Shown: one piece after another, positions 1 to 15,437 of the stretch
How the letters are laid out: every line of letters starts with the position of its first letter
Numbering within the stretch: position 1 is the stretch's first letter
Origin: Lytechinus pictus
Lineage: Eukaryota
Reading direction: 5' to 3'
Assembly (NCBI RefSeq): GCF_037042905.1
Contig: NC_087245.1
Coordinates: 39,868,001-39,928,000, forward strand
DNA: 60,000 nucleotides
The notes under the pieces: model-generated
What the model was told of the DNA's origin: nothing
Seen by the model: only the letters and a program-made list of their open reading frames with translations
Databases searched by the model: none
Made by a program: the position numbers and the translations under genes

Positions 1-149
1 TTCTTTCAAACTTTCACCATATTTTTTTTCCAACGCAACATTTTATGACCAAGGCTGAATTCCCCTCTAAATATTGTTTTTCGCAGATCTTGGGGCAACT
101 TTAGAAAAGAAAGTCACCCCGATGCATTTAATGTTAGGAATTTTAATAA

Positions 150-560
150 TAATAACAATATTCAGTTCTTTTATAGCACATAACACATAGCTACACATGT
201 CCCTATGCACTTGGATGAAAATAAGGAAACTGAGAAATTAGAAAGTAAGTAAAGAGTGTTGGGCACTGAATTCATTACAAGTTAAACATATACTTTTTTA
301 GGGAAGTCTTATCTGAGTCATGTATATTTCTCATATAATTAGGAAGTGCATTCCATAAGACGGAAGAGGCATGTGCAATGAGCACTCACCATATGTTTTG
401 GTAAAGATGGGAGGAATAGCAAACAGCCGTTTTGTGCTTGATCTTAGAGTACCAGTAGTCTGATGTAAAGTTAATAGTTCGTTTAAATACGATGGAGCTA
501 TCTCATGGAAGCATTCATATGCAAAACTAATAATTTGAAAAAATACGAGAATGAACAGGA
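150..560 (-). mobile_element. 3' fragment of an L2/CR1-type LINE
   Basis: APSYLNELL...LRSS...KTYGE peptide and (TAT)n tail. Confidence 0.7.
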
Positions 561-694
561 AGCCAATGTAAATTTCGTAAAACAGGGGTGATTGATTCAT
601 ATTTCCGAAGTTTGAGTAACTAAACTAGGGGCAAATGAGCTGCCATGGCAAAATCACCCGTCGTCTTCATGTATTTCATATGCTGATTGGTTAC

Positions 695-833
695 CTTTTT
701 TAATTCTTTCTCTCTGTGGTCCAGCTTCTCTGTATCGATTCCAGGCCTCGTCTGTCTTACTCTTTAACCTGAAGAGCTTCTGACGGATCTCGTCTTCTTT
801 AGATTTCAGCTCCGAAACTTTCTTAAAATAAAT
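695..833 (-). CDS. Bfr1-like gene exon (IYFKKVSELKSKEDEIRQ...QRERIKK)
   Basis: GCCAG acceptor, GTAACC donor, 139 nt, phase 0 to 1. Confidence 0.85.
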
Positions 834-3800
834 CTGGCAATGAGAGTTTCAAATGAGAGAACTTTCGTCAATATCAATTGCACGTTCACAACACATTCAC
901 TTTCAAGCTTAAAGCCCTATTTCAGCTTTTGCAGGCAATTAAAGAGAAATGCAAGTTGTGGGTAACGATCTCAATGAGTTTTAACAGAATCCGATCAATT
1001 TAGATAGAACCAAATATTGAAGGTGCTCTAGGAACCATGGTTTTGTGCAAATTTCTTGATTATGCTCAGTTTAGCAAGTACGCTGAGAAAATTTATAATA
1101 TTGAATGCAAGCTTTTGTCAAAAAGTGCTATTAAAATGAAGTTTAATGAACACTTATTGATCTGGTTTGAGACCATAGTTAAATTATCCACCAATATAAA
1201 CATATTCATATTTACTTGAATAAACAGGGCAAACAAACCTCACAACAATTGAAGGAAAAAAAATATATATTTGGACGAAACTTTATCATGTCAATTTATT
1301 AACTGGGTTCTGTAGTCAACCATTAAACACTTCCAGGCATCTAGATGCTTCCGAAACCAAAACTGCTTACTTAAAGGTCAAGTCCACCTCAGAAAAATGT
1401 TGATTTGAATTGATAGAGAAAAATCAGATAAGCATAATGCTGAAAATTTCATCAAAATCGGATGTAAAATAAGAAAGTTATGACATTTTAAAGTTTCGCT
1501 TATTTTTCACAAAATAGTTACATGCACAATTTAGTCACATGCAAATGAGAGAATCGATGATGTCACTCACTCACTATTTCTTTTGTTTTTTATTGTTTGA
1601 ATTATACAATATTTCAATTTTTACAGATTTTCACAATAAGGACCAACTTGACTGAACCATAAAATGTTAAACAATGTTAATTCCACATGTCCAGGGAGAA
1701 ATAAAACTTTGTTCCACAGGACAATGCGGAGAAATTATAATATTTCGTATTTCATATAATGAAATACAAAAGAAATAGTGATTGAGTGATGTCATGTGTT
1801 CCCTCATTTGCATACCAACCGGTATGTGCATATAACAGTTTTGTGAAATTAAGCGAAACTTAAGAATATCCTAACTTTCTTATTTTACATCCGATTTTGA
1901 TGAAATTTTCAGCATTATGCTGGTTGGATTTTTCTCTTTTTATTCAAATCAACTTTTTGTTGGGGTGGACTTGACCTTTAAATGTCAAATGATGCTTGGG
2001 TATGTCTTGAAACATGTTTGGAAGGATTTCTGGTTTTCAGGTGGTCAGTAGCAAGACAAAGGAGGACAAACATGCTATGATTTTTTTCCCCAGCTGCAGT
2101 TGAAATTGAAATGAAGAAAAACAACCACAGAGGGACTCTCCCAGATTTAATAGCAGACAGGTCTATTGCACAACAAATGAAAAACACAACAGGGGAATAC
2201 TTTAGGGGGTTCCCCTTTAAAAAAATACACATTTACCAGTACACAGTAGCATATCTTGACCTGGGGCCAAGTTTCATAAAACTTGTCACAATACCAAATT
2301 TACATTAACAGTTAAAAGCTACTAAAATCCTTCAATCTGATTGGCTGATTGTACATTTGTTATATGCTTACGCAGACCATTTACTACTCACCTTACATGT
2401 ACATACATGAATGAACAAACATTGTTTCTTCTTCTTTTTTTTTACCAGAGAAACACAGCACAGAAGTTGAATCACAAATCTAAAGCTTTATATAATGACT
2501 AATTTCTGGAAACATATACAATACATGTACATTCAAACTCATACAACAATCCAAGTCCCCTTAGAAGCATCTAAATAGTACATGATATGCACTATAAATG
2601 AACTGAGTTTATTATTTAATGAGTCTTTCAGGTTGGTATGCAGTGATGGGAAAGGGCATTGGTGACCAAACCACACACGGAAGGGAACAGAAACTCAAAA
2701 CAATAACTTGATTTCCACAAAGTAAATTTCCATCAATCGAACAAAGTGAACTAAATGTATATATGTATAACTGTAGTCAAGGAGAGATCATAATAACAGG
2801 AAATCATATCAAGAATTATGCTTCCTTTTTATATGAATAATTCAAGTTAGCTTACGCAATTAATTAATCGAAACTCAAAATGAAGCAAAAACAAATTTGT
2901 TCAATACAAGCAGGCAAAAATATATGTTTTTACTAACAGGAGCGACTTTTCGCAAATTACTGCTTAAATCTGAAACGTTGGATAAGCTTAAAGGCTGGGA
3001 TGAATAAAGATTTCCAAGGCTCCTTTTTTTTTGTTTCCAGGGCCCTTTTGAGCGCTTCAGGGGCTAAATCGCAGACCTGTCAACCTCTGGGAATGAAAAT
3101 ATGTATTCTGTGATAAAAAAAACTGTATTTTCCCAAAAAAAACTGTATTTCATAATAAAATGCGTGGCGCGCGCTCTCATCGAGGCACTCAAGCTGCATG
3201 CCAGCTAAAATGCGCACTGCTCTTGCAGATGAAAAAAAAAAAACATTGAAACATATGCAAATCTCACCCTGGTTTTAACAATTTTTTTTTTTTTTTAAGT
3301 TACCTGAAATTACATTAATCCCAATAGCCATATTTGTGAAAGTTCTATGAAATAGAGACATATAGGGATGATTTTTCATAATAAATTACGATTTAAAAAA
3401 AAAATCGTATTTTTTAAATAAAAAACGTTCAGTCATATTCTGGTTGCCAAAACATACTAAATACGCCAAAAACGTACAGGTAAGCAGCTCTGAAATCGCC
3501 ACCAACCCCTGTGTAATTTTTTTCCTCAATTACAAGGCTTTGCAATGTAACAATTATACTCTGGTAGGAAAATGGAGTGTATTGCACGTATTGTTTTCAC
3601 TCGGTCGACTTCTTCTAGGCTATAAAACCCATCAGGTCTGCCGTCACTTTAGTCTAGTTGCCATTTGGTCCAGACTAAACTTGGTGTAAAAGCCTCCTAT
3701 GGGGGTTTTGCAAGAACATATGTGCAATCAATTGCAAATTCACAATTTAGAGATCAGTTTTAACTTTTTTAGCAAATCAATTGAAAGTTCTTGATTCAAA

Positions 3801-6800
3801 AAGCACACCAGCGTTGAGTGCAAATTTGCAATCAATTTCAATAGATGCTCGATTCTGTGACCAAGAATATGCTTACAATTGAATGCTACTTTCTTGCAAT
3901 ACTCCGCATCTGTCTAGTACTCATTTAATCAAATACCCTGTTGGTCTAAATTCCAAACGTTCACTCATACGTGTTTACTATTACATGTAAAGTGATGCTG
4001 GAACAAGTGGATATTAGACAAATAGGTATAGCCTAACTGGAAATTAGATAAAACGGTAAATGGGCTACATGGCATATAGACAAAATGGTTAGTGGACAAA
4101 CTGGTTGATCAGATTTTAGAACTAGGATTAGACCATGTGGGAGGAGATAGACTAGAAAGTAGACATTGGTGTAGACCAATTCAATAACTCAAGAAAAAGA
4201 ATACTTACATTTCTTTGTTTCTTCATCTCCTCCTTCCTCCGAATACACGACTCGATTTCAGTCCTTTTCGTCTGGTATTCGCTGTTAAAATACAATATAA
4301 TACTGGATGGTTAAAGATAACCATACAGGTGTATATTTTTATAGGGATTGAAAAAATAAATAAATACACCAAAAGAGAAATTACATAATGAAATGAAATG
4401 GTCCTTTAGAACTACAAGACAACATCACCCTGATTACAGACCAACATACAAATGCACTCAATTTTGAAAGCATCGCTCAAAAAAAAGTTGTTTGATCCAT
4501 AATATTTTGCAATGGTTCATTGTAAAATTGCCATTACCATGGCGATAATATCTGACACATTATCGAGCATGTATTATCCCAATCGGATGAATAAGTTTGA
4601 TCTGCAAAATTTCCTATTTCATTCCTGAGATAATAAAGAGATTGTATCTTTTCATTATAGAAAAATAATTATTTATTTATTTCATATCATATACCAGATA
4701 ACAATTTTCATTTGATGATATGAGGGCCATGTTTCTCTCTCCTACACATCTATATTTCTTGAGACATAAGGATTTGTAATACCAGCAGACATATACCCCT
4801 CCTCCCCATTCCCCTACCCCTCCCCCTTCCCCTCCCCCTTCCCCTCCCCATCATCCCCCCCCCTTCAATTCTTATACCAGCAAGGGGTTGTATATAAATT
4901 GTCAATAAGTTCAGACTGCTCGAGACTCACTGGACTTCTTTCTTTGACCGCTTGAGTTTTAAGATCTCGGCAATGAGCCTGTCCTCGTCGCGGCGGAGCC
5001 TGAAGTTGTGGTTTTCATACTGGTACTCCAACCTTCTAATGTTATCGTCAATAGCCTGGATGGTCTTGTGAGGCAGATTGGCTTTGATCTTGGAAAGTAC
5101 GTCGCTCTGCAGTGATTCGAGAATTCACAACACAAAGCTTGTTAAACATAAATACAAGATGATAATAATGATATTGATATTCATATAGCGCTTTTGACAA
5201 GAGATTCAAAGCGCTATTTATACATACATAAAATGAAAGAAAAAATTACATGAGAACAATTACCTATACAAAATAAAATGTTACCTATTAATTATCAAGA
5301 TGTTACAATAACTTTTTTTAAATGAGTTAACTCGAATCCAATGAATTCCCATCCAATTGTATGCATACATAATTGTTTTTTTTTTATTATTCTAGCACAA
5401 AAACATATTGAGAAAGGAGTAAAAGAAGCATCACATTCCACATTCCTGCCAGGAGTTGGGTCTTTTTCTGAGCAATGATAAAAAACAGTCCCACATGTCA
5501 TATCTGTGTTGCTGATCTAATATGATCGAATGTTTACCAAGCAAGCTTACAATATGTCTTTTTCTTTCTAAGAAAAAATTATCAATTGTTTAGCTTGAAA
5601 AAAAAAGGTCATTAGAGAATGGCTTACGCCATGAAGTCATCCGCCAAACTTTAAATGGAATCAATTCAACTAGCATTTGTTTAACATTACATTAAATTTA
5701 TAGTACATGTACTTCAGTACCTTCACTCAGGGTGCTACATAAGCACTTGCCCAATTGCCCGGGGCAAGTAAAAGTTAGAGTCGTAAAAGTTAGAGTCGGG
5801 CAAGTGTTTTGAAGTAAAGACCAAAACTACTTGCCCAAATTGGGCAAGAAAAATTCTCACAGTAGAATGACCAATATTAGGGTCGATATGATATATTGAC
5901 CCTAATTTTGGTCATGGCAGGCAAGATAAAATCACTTTGGAAAAAGAAATGCAATAACAAAGTTGATCAGTTCATGTCAAAAGAGAGAAAAAGGTCAATG
6001 GTTTATAAAACCGCAAAACTTTCTTTTGGAGAGGTAAAACTTTTTTTTCAATGATTTTTTCGAGCAAGTGAAATAGATTTTTGGGCAAGTATATTCCAAG
6101 TATTTACAAATTTACTTGCCTGACTGGGCAAGTACTTCTAAAAAGTTATGTAGCACCCTGCTTCACTCTTTGGTACTTCATATTCCAATCATTCACAAAA
6201 TACCGGTACAAGTTTATTTATAACAGGCAAAAAATATATAATTTTATATTTTGGGGGGCTACTTTTCGAAAAAATAAAACCTAATGCCTAAATCTGTAAC
6301 AATAACATCAGATACCAGGAAGTGAACTCAGTTTTATAATTATGAGGGGCGCAATAAAAAGCTCTCCCAAAACTTTTAAGGGGAGTGGGAGGGGAGCACT
6401 GAAAAAGCTCTTCTTTGAGATACATGTACAATGGGAGCTTTTTTGGCCAATTACAAAATGGATGGAGGATGTCCACTAAGTTACAATCCACAACCAAAGG
6501 AGACAAAAATCAGATGCCCTGAATATATGCAAAATTCATCTTATTTTAAATGTGTGTTATTGCTTAAATGTAATTTGGTAATTGTGTATTATTCATAAAA
6601 CCTTGACTGAGAATGAGGTTTTCAAGGTTGGCTCTAATACATGTAGTTCGATCATTGACTGACACTCATTCTAAATTCTGAAGTTAGAATAGTTTCAGTT
6701 TTCAGTTTCAGTTTCATTTATTTCACATCTCTCATAAAATCATTAAAATAACAGATACAATGTAAAAACATATTCATACAAATATACACAATAGATAATG

Positions 6801-9510
6801 GATAAAAGGTTTGGCTTAAAAAAAAAAAAAAATACAATTGTAATCAATTGTAAAAAAAGTGGACGGATAGGAGTGAATAACATTAAGAAGCAGTGGATGT
6901 GGGGGATCAGCAATAAGAGGCTGATCCCTAGTATACTGCAAAAAAAAACAGATTTAATAGAAATACATGTAGAAATAGATAAGAAAGACCCTACACACAA
7001 AAAAATGTAAATAGAGATATAACATGTACTTGGAAGTAAAGTGTTGTACAAATAATACAAAAGTGTATGATCTTGCTCGATTTCTAGTTTTTCTGCATTT
7101 ATTATTTTATGTCACAAACTCCACTTCCCTTTTAATAGGCGAGTGATATCTCACTCTACCTGAAACAAATAAAGGCAAGAGGTACATGTAGCGAGTGATC
7201 ACTCTTGCTCCCCTTAATAGTGAGTCCCTGAGATACACTTCAAATTGCAGTGAAGTGGGATTTTCCCCCAGTAATTTTGTCCCTGATTAACAAGCAGTTT
7301 TATGAAAAACATCACTGAGATAAAAAGAGAGAGTTTATTGCTCTGATTCCATCAATTGGATATGGACCCGGGCACAGTCAAACATACAATGTTAATAACG
7401 CTTGATTGTAAAGCTGGTTTTTTTTTTCATTGAATTACAATAATCACTACATGCTGTCAAGCATAATAAAGACTAAAAAGGACATGATTCATGATTGACA
7501 ACAGGGAGTCTTGTAGGTACACAATGAAATTTTCAAATCAAATTTTTTTTCTTCATATTTTCAAATCAGATCATAAAACTTTATATTGAATCTTTAATCT
7601 ACATGTACACAATAAATGGAGAAGTAGATAAAGTAAAAAGTCAGCAGCCATTTAAGATTACTCTCCGTACTCAGTTTGCCAAAAAGAAGTCATTATGCAT
7701 ACATACAATAAAGGAGTTTTCAACCATAACAAAGAGTTCAAAAACTTGGCCTAGTACACGCATGTACAATGTACTTCTACATGTATACCGTAATCATAAA
7801 CCATAGTTTAACAAAACAAGGTCACTTTGAGAATCACAATTTGGCAACAAGCCCAATGCATATGTAACCTAAAAATTCCAGTAGATTGTGTTGTTGGTTT
7901 GAGTGCACTTAAAATATATTTTGATACCTTCTACACTAACACAGCTTTTTATAGGTTAAGGTGTCTTGTTGACTACCTTTTTGCACATATTGTAGGTCAA
8001 ATAACATGTCCTTTCTTTGTGATTTACACGTACATGTAGGCCTACAAGAAGTTTGCCCAAGTTCAAGGTCCTGGTTTCATAAAACTTGTTTTCGAAGGCC
8101 CTTGATACATGTATGAGTTACTGAAATGGTGTGATTTTACGATCTATTAAACTGAAATCTAGCAAATTCATGTTCATGTGAAACAGGACCTTCAAATGAC
8201 ATGTAGGCCTGCAAAAGTCATCATCTGGGCTCCGTAACACAAAGATTTAATAGCGATCGATCGCTAAATGAACTGACCAATCAATATCAATGTTACACAC
8301 GCATTATAGTACATGTTCATGTGCTGACCACGGACCAATCAGTACGGTTCTTTTATATTTGCAATCCATCGCAAACCTTTGTGTTACGGAGCCCTGGTGA
8401 GCTTTGCACCGACTATTGTTATAAGCTACAGAAATCCTTGCATCTGATTGGCTCAGAGCAAATCTGTCAGTGAAAATCACTGAGAAGATGCTTAATGCAA
8501 CACTTGCTACGGTAGGTGACCCTACCGCGGAACTTTTCAAAGTGGGGGGCTGACCATGCAAAAAATCACAATCTTATGGTCATTTTTACGTTTTTGTACA
8601 TGGTACATTCTGGAAAAGAGTGGGGGACTGAAGCCCCCCAGCCCCCCCCCCCCCCCACCCCAGCCAGGCTTAATAATTAATATTAATTATTAGCTTTGGT
8701 TATCAATGACCATGAAATGTATTAAAGCAGGAGCATCCTACCTTCTTTGAGATGTCATCACTGAGTTTACGAATATCTTCATCAAACTCTTTGCGTTTGG
8801 CAATGTTGGCTTCTTTCGAGTCCCTGATGCTCTTCTGATCTTTCAAGAGGAGTTCCCTTTCTGCCGTTTCAGCCGGTGAACTTTCATTGTTGGGTCGACC
8901 CAAAGATTTCTGAAAAGAGGAAAGAAATTTGTTGGATTAGTATAGTTTTGTCCAAGTTTTTGACACGTTCTTGTCAATAACATCCTAGTTATCAATTAGA
9001 ATTAGAACTGTATTAAGCATTATAAACCAAACACCCATAACAATAATGCAATAATGGCTATCATCACCAATAATGCTGATATTTCCATCTCTATCATCAC
9101 CTATATTTTCATCATTGATCAACCATCATCCTGATCAATCATTTTCATCATCAGTAGCAGCAAGAGATACATGTAAGCAATAATCATCGATCAACATAAT
9201 CAATATCATACCATCCATCCATCCATCATCATCATTCATTATCACCATCATCATCATCATCACCATTATCATCATCATCACCACCACCATCATCACTGTC
9301 AATACCATCATAATCAACATCACCATCATCATCATCATTACCATCATCACCAATCATCACCATCACCATCATTCACACCACCACCACCATCAACATCATC
9401 ATCATTATCACCATAACCATCATCATTCACACCACCATCATCATCAACATCATCATCATCATCATTATCACCATCATCATCACCATAACCATAATCATCA
9501 TCATCATTCA

Positions 9511-9542
<32 letters not shown>

Positions 9543-12500
9543 CCATAACCATAACCATAATCATCATCATCATCATCATTCACACCACCACCACCATCAT
9601 CACCATCATCATCACCATCACCATAATCATCATCATCATCATTCACACCACCATCATCGTTATCATCATCATCATTATCACCATCATCATCATTCACACC
9701 ACCATCATCATCAACATCATCATCATCATTATCACCATCATCATAATCATCATCATCATTATCACCATCATCATCATTATCATCATCATTCACACCATCA
9801 TCATCAACATCATCATCATCATCATCATCATCATCATTATCACCATCATCATCACCATCATCATTATCACCATCATCATCACCATCATCATAATCATCAT
9901 CATCATCATTCACACCACCACCACCATCAACATCATCATCATTATCACCATCATCATCACCATCACCATAATCATCATCATCATTCAAACCACCACCACC
10001 ATCAACATCATCATCATTATCACCATCATCATCACCATCATCATAATAATCATCATCATCATCATTCACACCACCATCATCATTCACACCACCATCATCA
10101 TCATCACCACCACCATCATCATCACCCCACCATCATCATCATAACCACCATCATCACCACCACTACCATTATCACCATCATCCTCATCATCATTATAACC
10201 ATCATCACCATCATCATTATAACCATCATCATCATCATCATCATCACCACCACCACTACCATTACATGTACCATCATCATCATCATCATCATTCACACCA
10301 CCACCATCAACGTCATCATCATTATCACCATCACCATCATCATTATTCACACTACCACTGCCATCATCATCACCAATCATCATCACCACCACCATCATCA
10401 TCATCACCGTCATCACCACACCACCATCAGTATCACCAAATCATTACCAGTTCGGCCTCCTTGCCACTGATCCTTTCTGTAAGGGATTGCAGATCTCGTT
10501 CATGGAGACGCCTGTTGGGTTGTCGTACGACCCTCCTCTTCCCAACCCCTGAAGAGAAGAAAAAGAACATTTAAAAGACTAATTTTAGAATGAGATCATG
10601 AGAAGTCAATATACAAAAACAGTGCGGGGATTAATTTTACTTCTCACATTTGATTAGCATTTCTGGTTGTAGGAGAAATTATTTCAACAATGTTTTGTAC
10701 AAAAAATGCTACACAAAGGAAATTTTGTGCAACTCTCTTTAAAAAATGTGGAGGGGATTGTGATGCTATAACAGGAAAATTATCCCCTGCAGTAGAGTGG
10801 ACACATTTTATGGATTAAAGGAGTTTCCCTGACAAAAAATTTATTGTAAAAATAGGAGAAAAAATAATCAGAATTTAGGAAAATCCCTGAAAGAATTTTT
10901 AAAATAGTTATTAGAATTTCAATTTTTGGATTGTGACGTCATACATGTACATGTATGCGAGCAGCTAAACAAAATGTGTACATGTACATGTATGTAGAGA
11001 ATTTAATTTACAAATAGAGTTCATTCACAGCTTCAAAAGTGGGCAAGATGACGTTCTTGTACTTTGTTATTATCACTTGGATGAAAATTACAAATTATAA
11101 AATGGTAATAACAATTTACACAAAACATGTGATACTTTTAAACATAAATTGGTTCAGAGGGTGTGAAATAAAAATACTGCAGCATCCTTGCCATAAGCAC
11201 GACATTAAATAGCATATGATATTAAAATAAATACTAGCTAGATTCTTTTTAGGAAATGATGACAGAAATCATGAATGTAAATACCATAATAATGTACTTG
11301 TAGAATAATCGTAGATTACCTCTCTAAAGGAGATTTTTATGAAAGTTTAATGATAAAACAGGTAATTGATCAGTCTCATGCTAATTCATGTCTGGTTCAT
11401 TAACCCTGCAGGGACTTTCATGTTTCTATTCATGACAAAACATGTTTATATAATTTCATTCTAGTTCGTGTATTGAAAAAAAAATGATTATAATATATAA
11501 TCCACAAAGAAATCTCTGCTCTTCTAGCCAGAATTTATTAACTGTACCAACGTCTAAAACATGTTCGTTTGGTGATCGTGCCTTTCAGTCAGCAGCACCT
11601 GTACTGTGGAATAAACTGCCTAATAATCTGAGGGCCATCACATGTACTTCCACCTTTCTAAAATCTTTAAAAACGTACTTGTTCTCATGTTAGATTATTT
11701 TGTTTAGGAATGGTATGTTACAATGTTTGGTTAATTTTTCATTTAGTATAATTTATGTATTTTATTCCAAGTATACCTGTATTAGACTTAATCACCTCTT
11801 TTGTAAAGCGCATAGAGATTCTGTTGAATATTATGCACTATATAAGCATATATTATTTTTATTATTAATACCAGTTGAGTGTTTCATAACACTGTTTGTA
11901 TGTTATGAGCGACTTTACAAACGACTGGTGATCCTTTCTTTAGGGTAAACGATACACGTCAGATTTTCATTGGTGTCGGTCTAATTCCTAACTAAGTGTC
12001 ACCAGTCCTTTGCAAAGTCCCTCGTTAAGTCTTTTTTAAAGTCCCTCTTAACATAAGAACAGCTTTATAAAACACCCACCAGTCGTATTAATATGTTGAA
12101 CCCAGGAATAGTCCCACAGATGTTAAACCAATTTACAACCAACACAATAAAGATCCTGTTTACAATCTTTCCATCAGATGGGAACCTCTTGTGTCATGAT
12201 AACCATGCAATGACATATTGGTATCAACCACAGACATACATGTCTGTAAAGAATATGGATGTCTATACTTTGAACTCTACCCAACAGACCACAAAACCAC
12301 TGAGATATTGGCAAAAACATATGAACAATCCCTGTCCAATAATGGATGATAAATGTGTTTGTTATGTGTGCATTTCTTCCATCCTCTATAAATTGAAACT
12401 ACCTTCTTTATGTACATGTACACTCTATATCCCTCGCCCCTTCCCTCACTCAACACCCCCCCCCCCCCCCATGCATGACTACATGTACATCTCTAGCTTC

Positions 12501-15388
12501 TTCTTCTTTTTTACCCTGGGCAATACAACATGCATTTGCCAATGTAAAGGCCTACATGTATCTGTGTTTGATTGTTTTTTACTTTTAAACCTTCCCACTC
12601 AAGTTCAGACCACAACAAAGCACACAAAACTGAAATAAAATGAACAAAATTGGTACGGGTGAGTTCCTCCTCCCCCCTCTCTAATCAATGTTTACAGACT
12701 GTCTAAAGCTTTGGTAAAGGACCAATAATTCCACTTCATTTCATTTATTTCCATTTCCAACATTTACATATTTTTTTTGTACAATAATGATTATAATACA
12801 GAACATAAAGCAATGAAACAGCACTTTTAAGTACAAAAACTTTACGATTATTAATGAGAATTATACTCCAGTATCATCTACATGTGATATTCTAAAAGAG
12901 TGGCCACAGAACATTATTTTCAGCCATTACATGTACATTAATACATATACATGTAGGCCTACGTTCAAATCAAATGTATGTATTTCTCTTCTGCAAAGTA
13001 ATGTACATTATGCACCATCACTGTTACATTAAGAATGATGCAAATCCATCTGAAATACTTTGTGAAAGTCAATTATTTTAAGTTGAAAGAGAAAGTAAAA
13101 ATCTAATGAGGAATATCGAGAGGATGTACAAATAAATGATGGATCCTCTTTTTACTTCCACCGGCTACACGTGTCTGAAGCTACATGTACGCCTTCAAAC
13201 GTCCGGGCAAACTTTAACATTGTTTACCGTGTCTACTGAACTTAACTCTTCAATTCCTGTATGAGGAAGTTTCGCTAGAAAACGGAAAACTCAATTTCGA
13301 AGGACTTGGTCTGTTTCCTCTTTGGGAAATGCAGACAGGAATCTTATTTCACTACAAGCAAACAACTTAATATCACACTATCTTCTTTTCTTTTTAAAAG
13401 GGAAATAATGAAGGTTGACAGGTACCCGTGTACTTTTTTTTCTCCACAATCAAAGATTAAACTAATATACGACCCTAAACTTGTTGCTGTTGTTTTATGC
13501 TCTGACAAGCCTGTGTCCTACGCACAAATTGCTGCAGAGAGTATAGGTAACATGCAAATATTACCAGTTCTTGAAAAGAACTAGAAAATTTCTTGGCTTC
13601 CACCTAAAAAGTACATGTAGGCCTACATAAAATTAATTTTGACGGTTTATTTAATAAACTCAATTTGTTATCAGCCTTAATACTTTTGTATAATATTATC
13701 ACTCCTACAGACGTACATGTATGTCTACAATGTGTATTCAAGAATGCGATGTAATAGCTCCATGGTACAAGCAATAAATGTACATTTATATAGCACTTTA
13801 CAAATAATGTTTCTAAGCGCTGCATAGTAGTACATGTTAAATTTCAAACAAGGAACTCCCACTTCTCTGCTTCAAGCAATCCTGACAGAAGATACATGTA
13901 CGATCTACATGTAGCGGGAGGCTGCTGTAGATATTGTCTTTGCCTAATAATACGAGTCTGATGCTGTTTATACGCAAAATTTCAGCAGTGTATGTGATGC
14001 GGAAGAAGAGTAATAAAAACAATGCTCTTCAAAAAATCCATTTTGTTTATATACTGAAATAGAAATCGGAAATAGAAGTACTAAAAAATAATTTTGTCCA
14101 ATTGATCGTGGGCCCGGCAGCCATTGAGCAGCACCAGATTGATGTCATTGATCAGGACACATATTACAGGACAGCAGCGATTCCCATTTTTCAACGTCTT
14201 TCTGGTGTGACACAGCCGGGACTTGTACTCCCGACCTACCAGTTGTGAGACAGATGCTCTACCAACTGAGCCAACACACCAGTTATACCTTTGCGCTCCC
14301 CGTCTTACAATATAGTCAATTGACATTTTCTTTTTATTGTCTAGGATTCATTTCAAGGTTTTTTTTTCTAAAAACTGCCAACTGATTAATAAAGCAAAAG
14401 AGCCTATGTTACATGTAGGTTAGGATCCACTGTGCGATTCAGCTGCATTGTATCCTCTTTAAAAACGAGTACAATATGAAAAAAAGTAACATACCATAAT
14501 GACTGACAAAGACATGTCGGCAGCAAAACTGAGCATTCGGTGTCATGATGTAACTCTTGGGGAAAAACTTGATTGACGATGCCTACAAGGAATAACTTTC
14601 TACGAGTGAAGTTGCTTTCAAATATTTAAGTTAATTATGAGATATCAATGTTTATATCCATCATTGATAGGAAGCTAACAATTGAAACAAAGAGAATACA
14701 CCTGTTGAAACAAGTCTAATTTGACTCGACATGTAAACACACTTCCTGATGCAAGGACAGCACCTTTTTCATATTTGCAGTCCAAGTTCGTTTAAACATG
14801 CTTCATTTTAGAAGTCTGAATATTCATATTAGAAGAGGGTATTAATTTCACTCCCCTCCATAAACCCATACTTTTGAGAAAAACCTATACATGTAAGCAC
14901 TTTATAATTTTTATTACACTTTGTTTCTTAGCACTTTGCATTGCAATCATTATTACCTAGACATTGGAGTCTGGCATGCCCCCGCACAATGTGTGCACTT
15001 TCTCCACTCCCTGGGGAGCATTCTAAGAAGATTTCCAAGACTACATTTCTAGGTATAGGACATAGACTTTCGCATCCTACTGGGTACCCATAATATATAC
15101 ATGTAACACCACGGTGGAGAATGGCAAGTGTGGACTGATGCCTTGCCAAAGAAGCCATGGGGGATTAAAACACAGGACCCTCTGATTGCAAGGCGAGAAT
15201 CCAAACTGCTACACCACAATGCTTCCAAGTGTAGGCCTGCTAGAAAGTTCAATGAAAAGTGACAGGCCATAGTTGAGAATCAAGTTGGAACATGTTCATA
15301 TACTGTATAGACCCCACACCACCACCCTACAATTGTTTGGAATCTGATATACATGTACCCCATTGAATTATGACTTAGTTCCCCCCCC

Positions 15389-15437
<49 letters not shown>

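Noticed and set aside
9347..10087. 246-aa Asp/Gly-rich ORF resembling an acidic biomineral protein, plus poly-His and poly-Met frames
   Set aside because: It is the translation of a (CAT)n satellite. Read-through from the upstream exon stops after three codons, and there is no signal peptide or splice support.
14205..14280. tRNA-like sequence on the minus strand
   Set aside because: Degenerate B box and stems, continuing into a SINE body, so not a functional tRNA. The same applies near 40070-40145.
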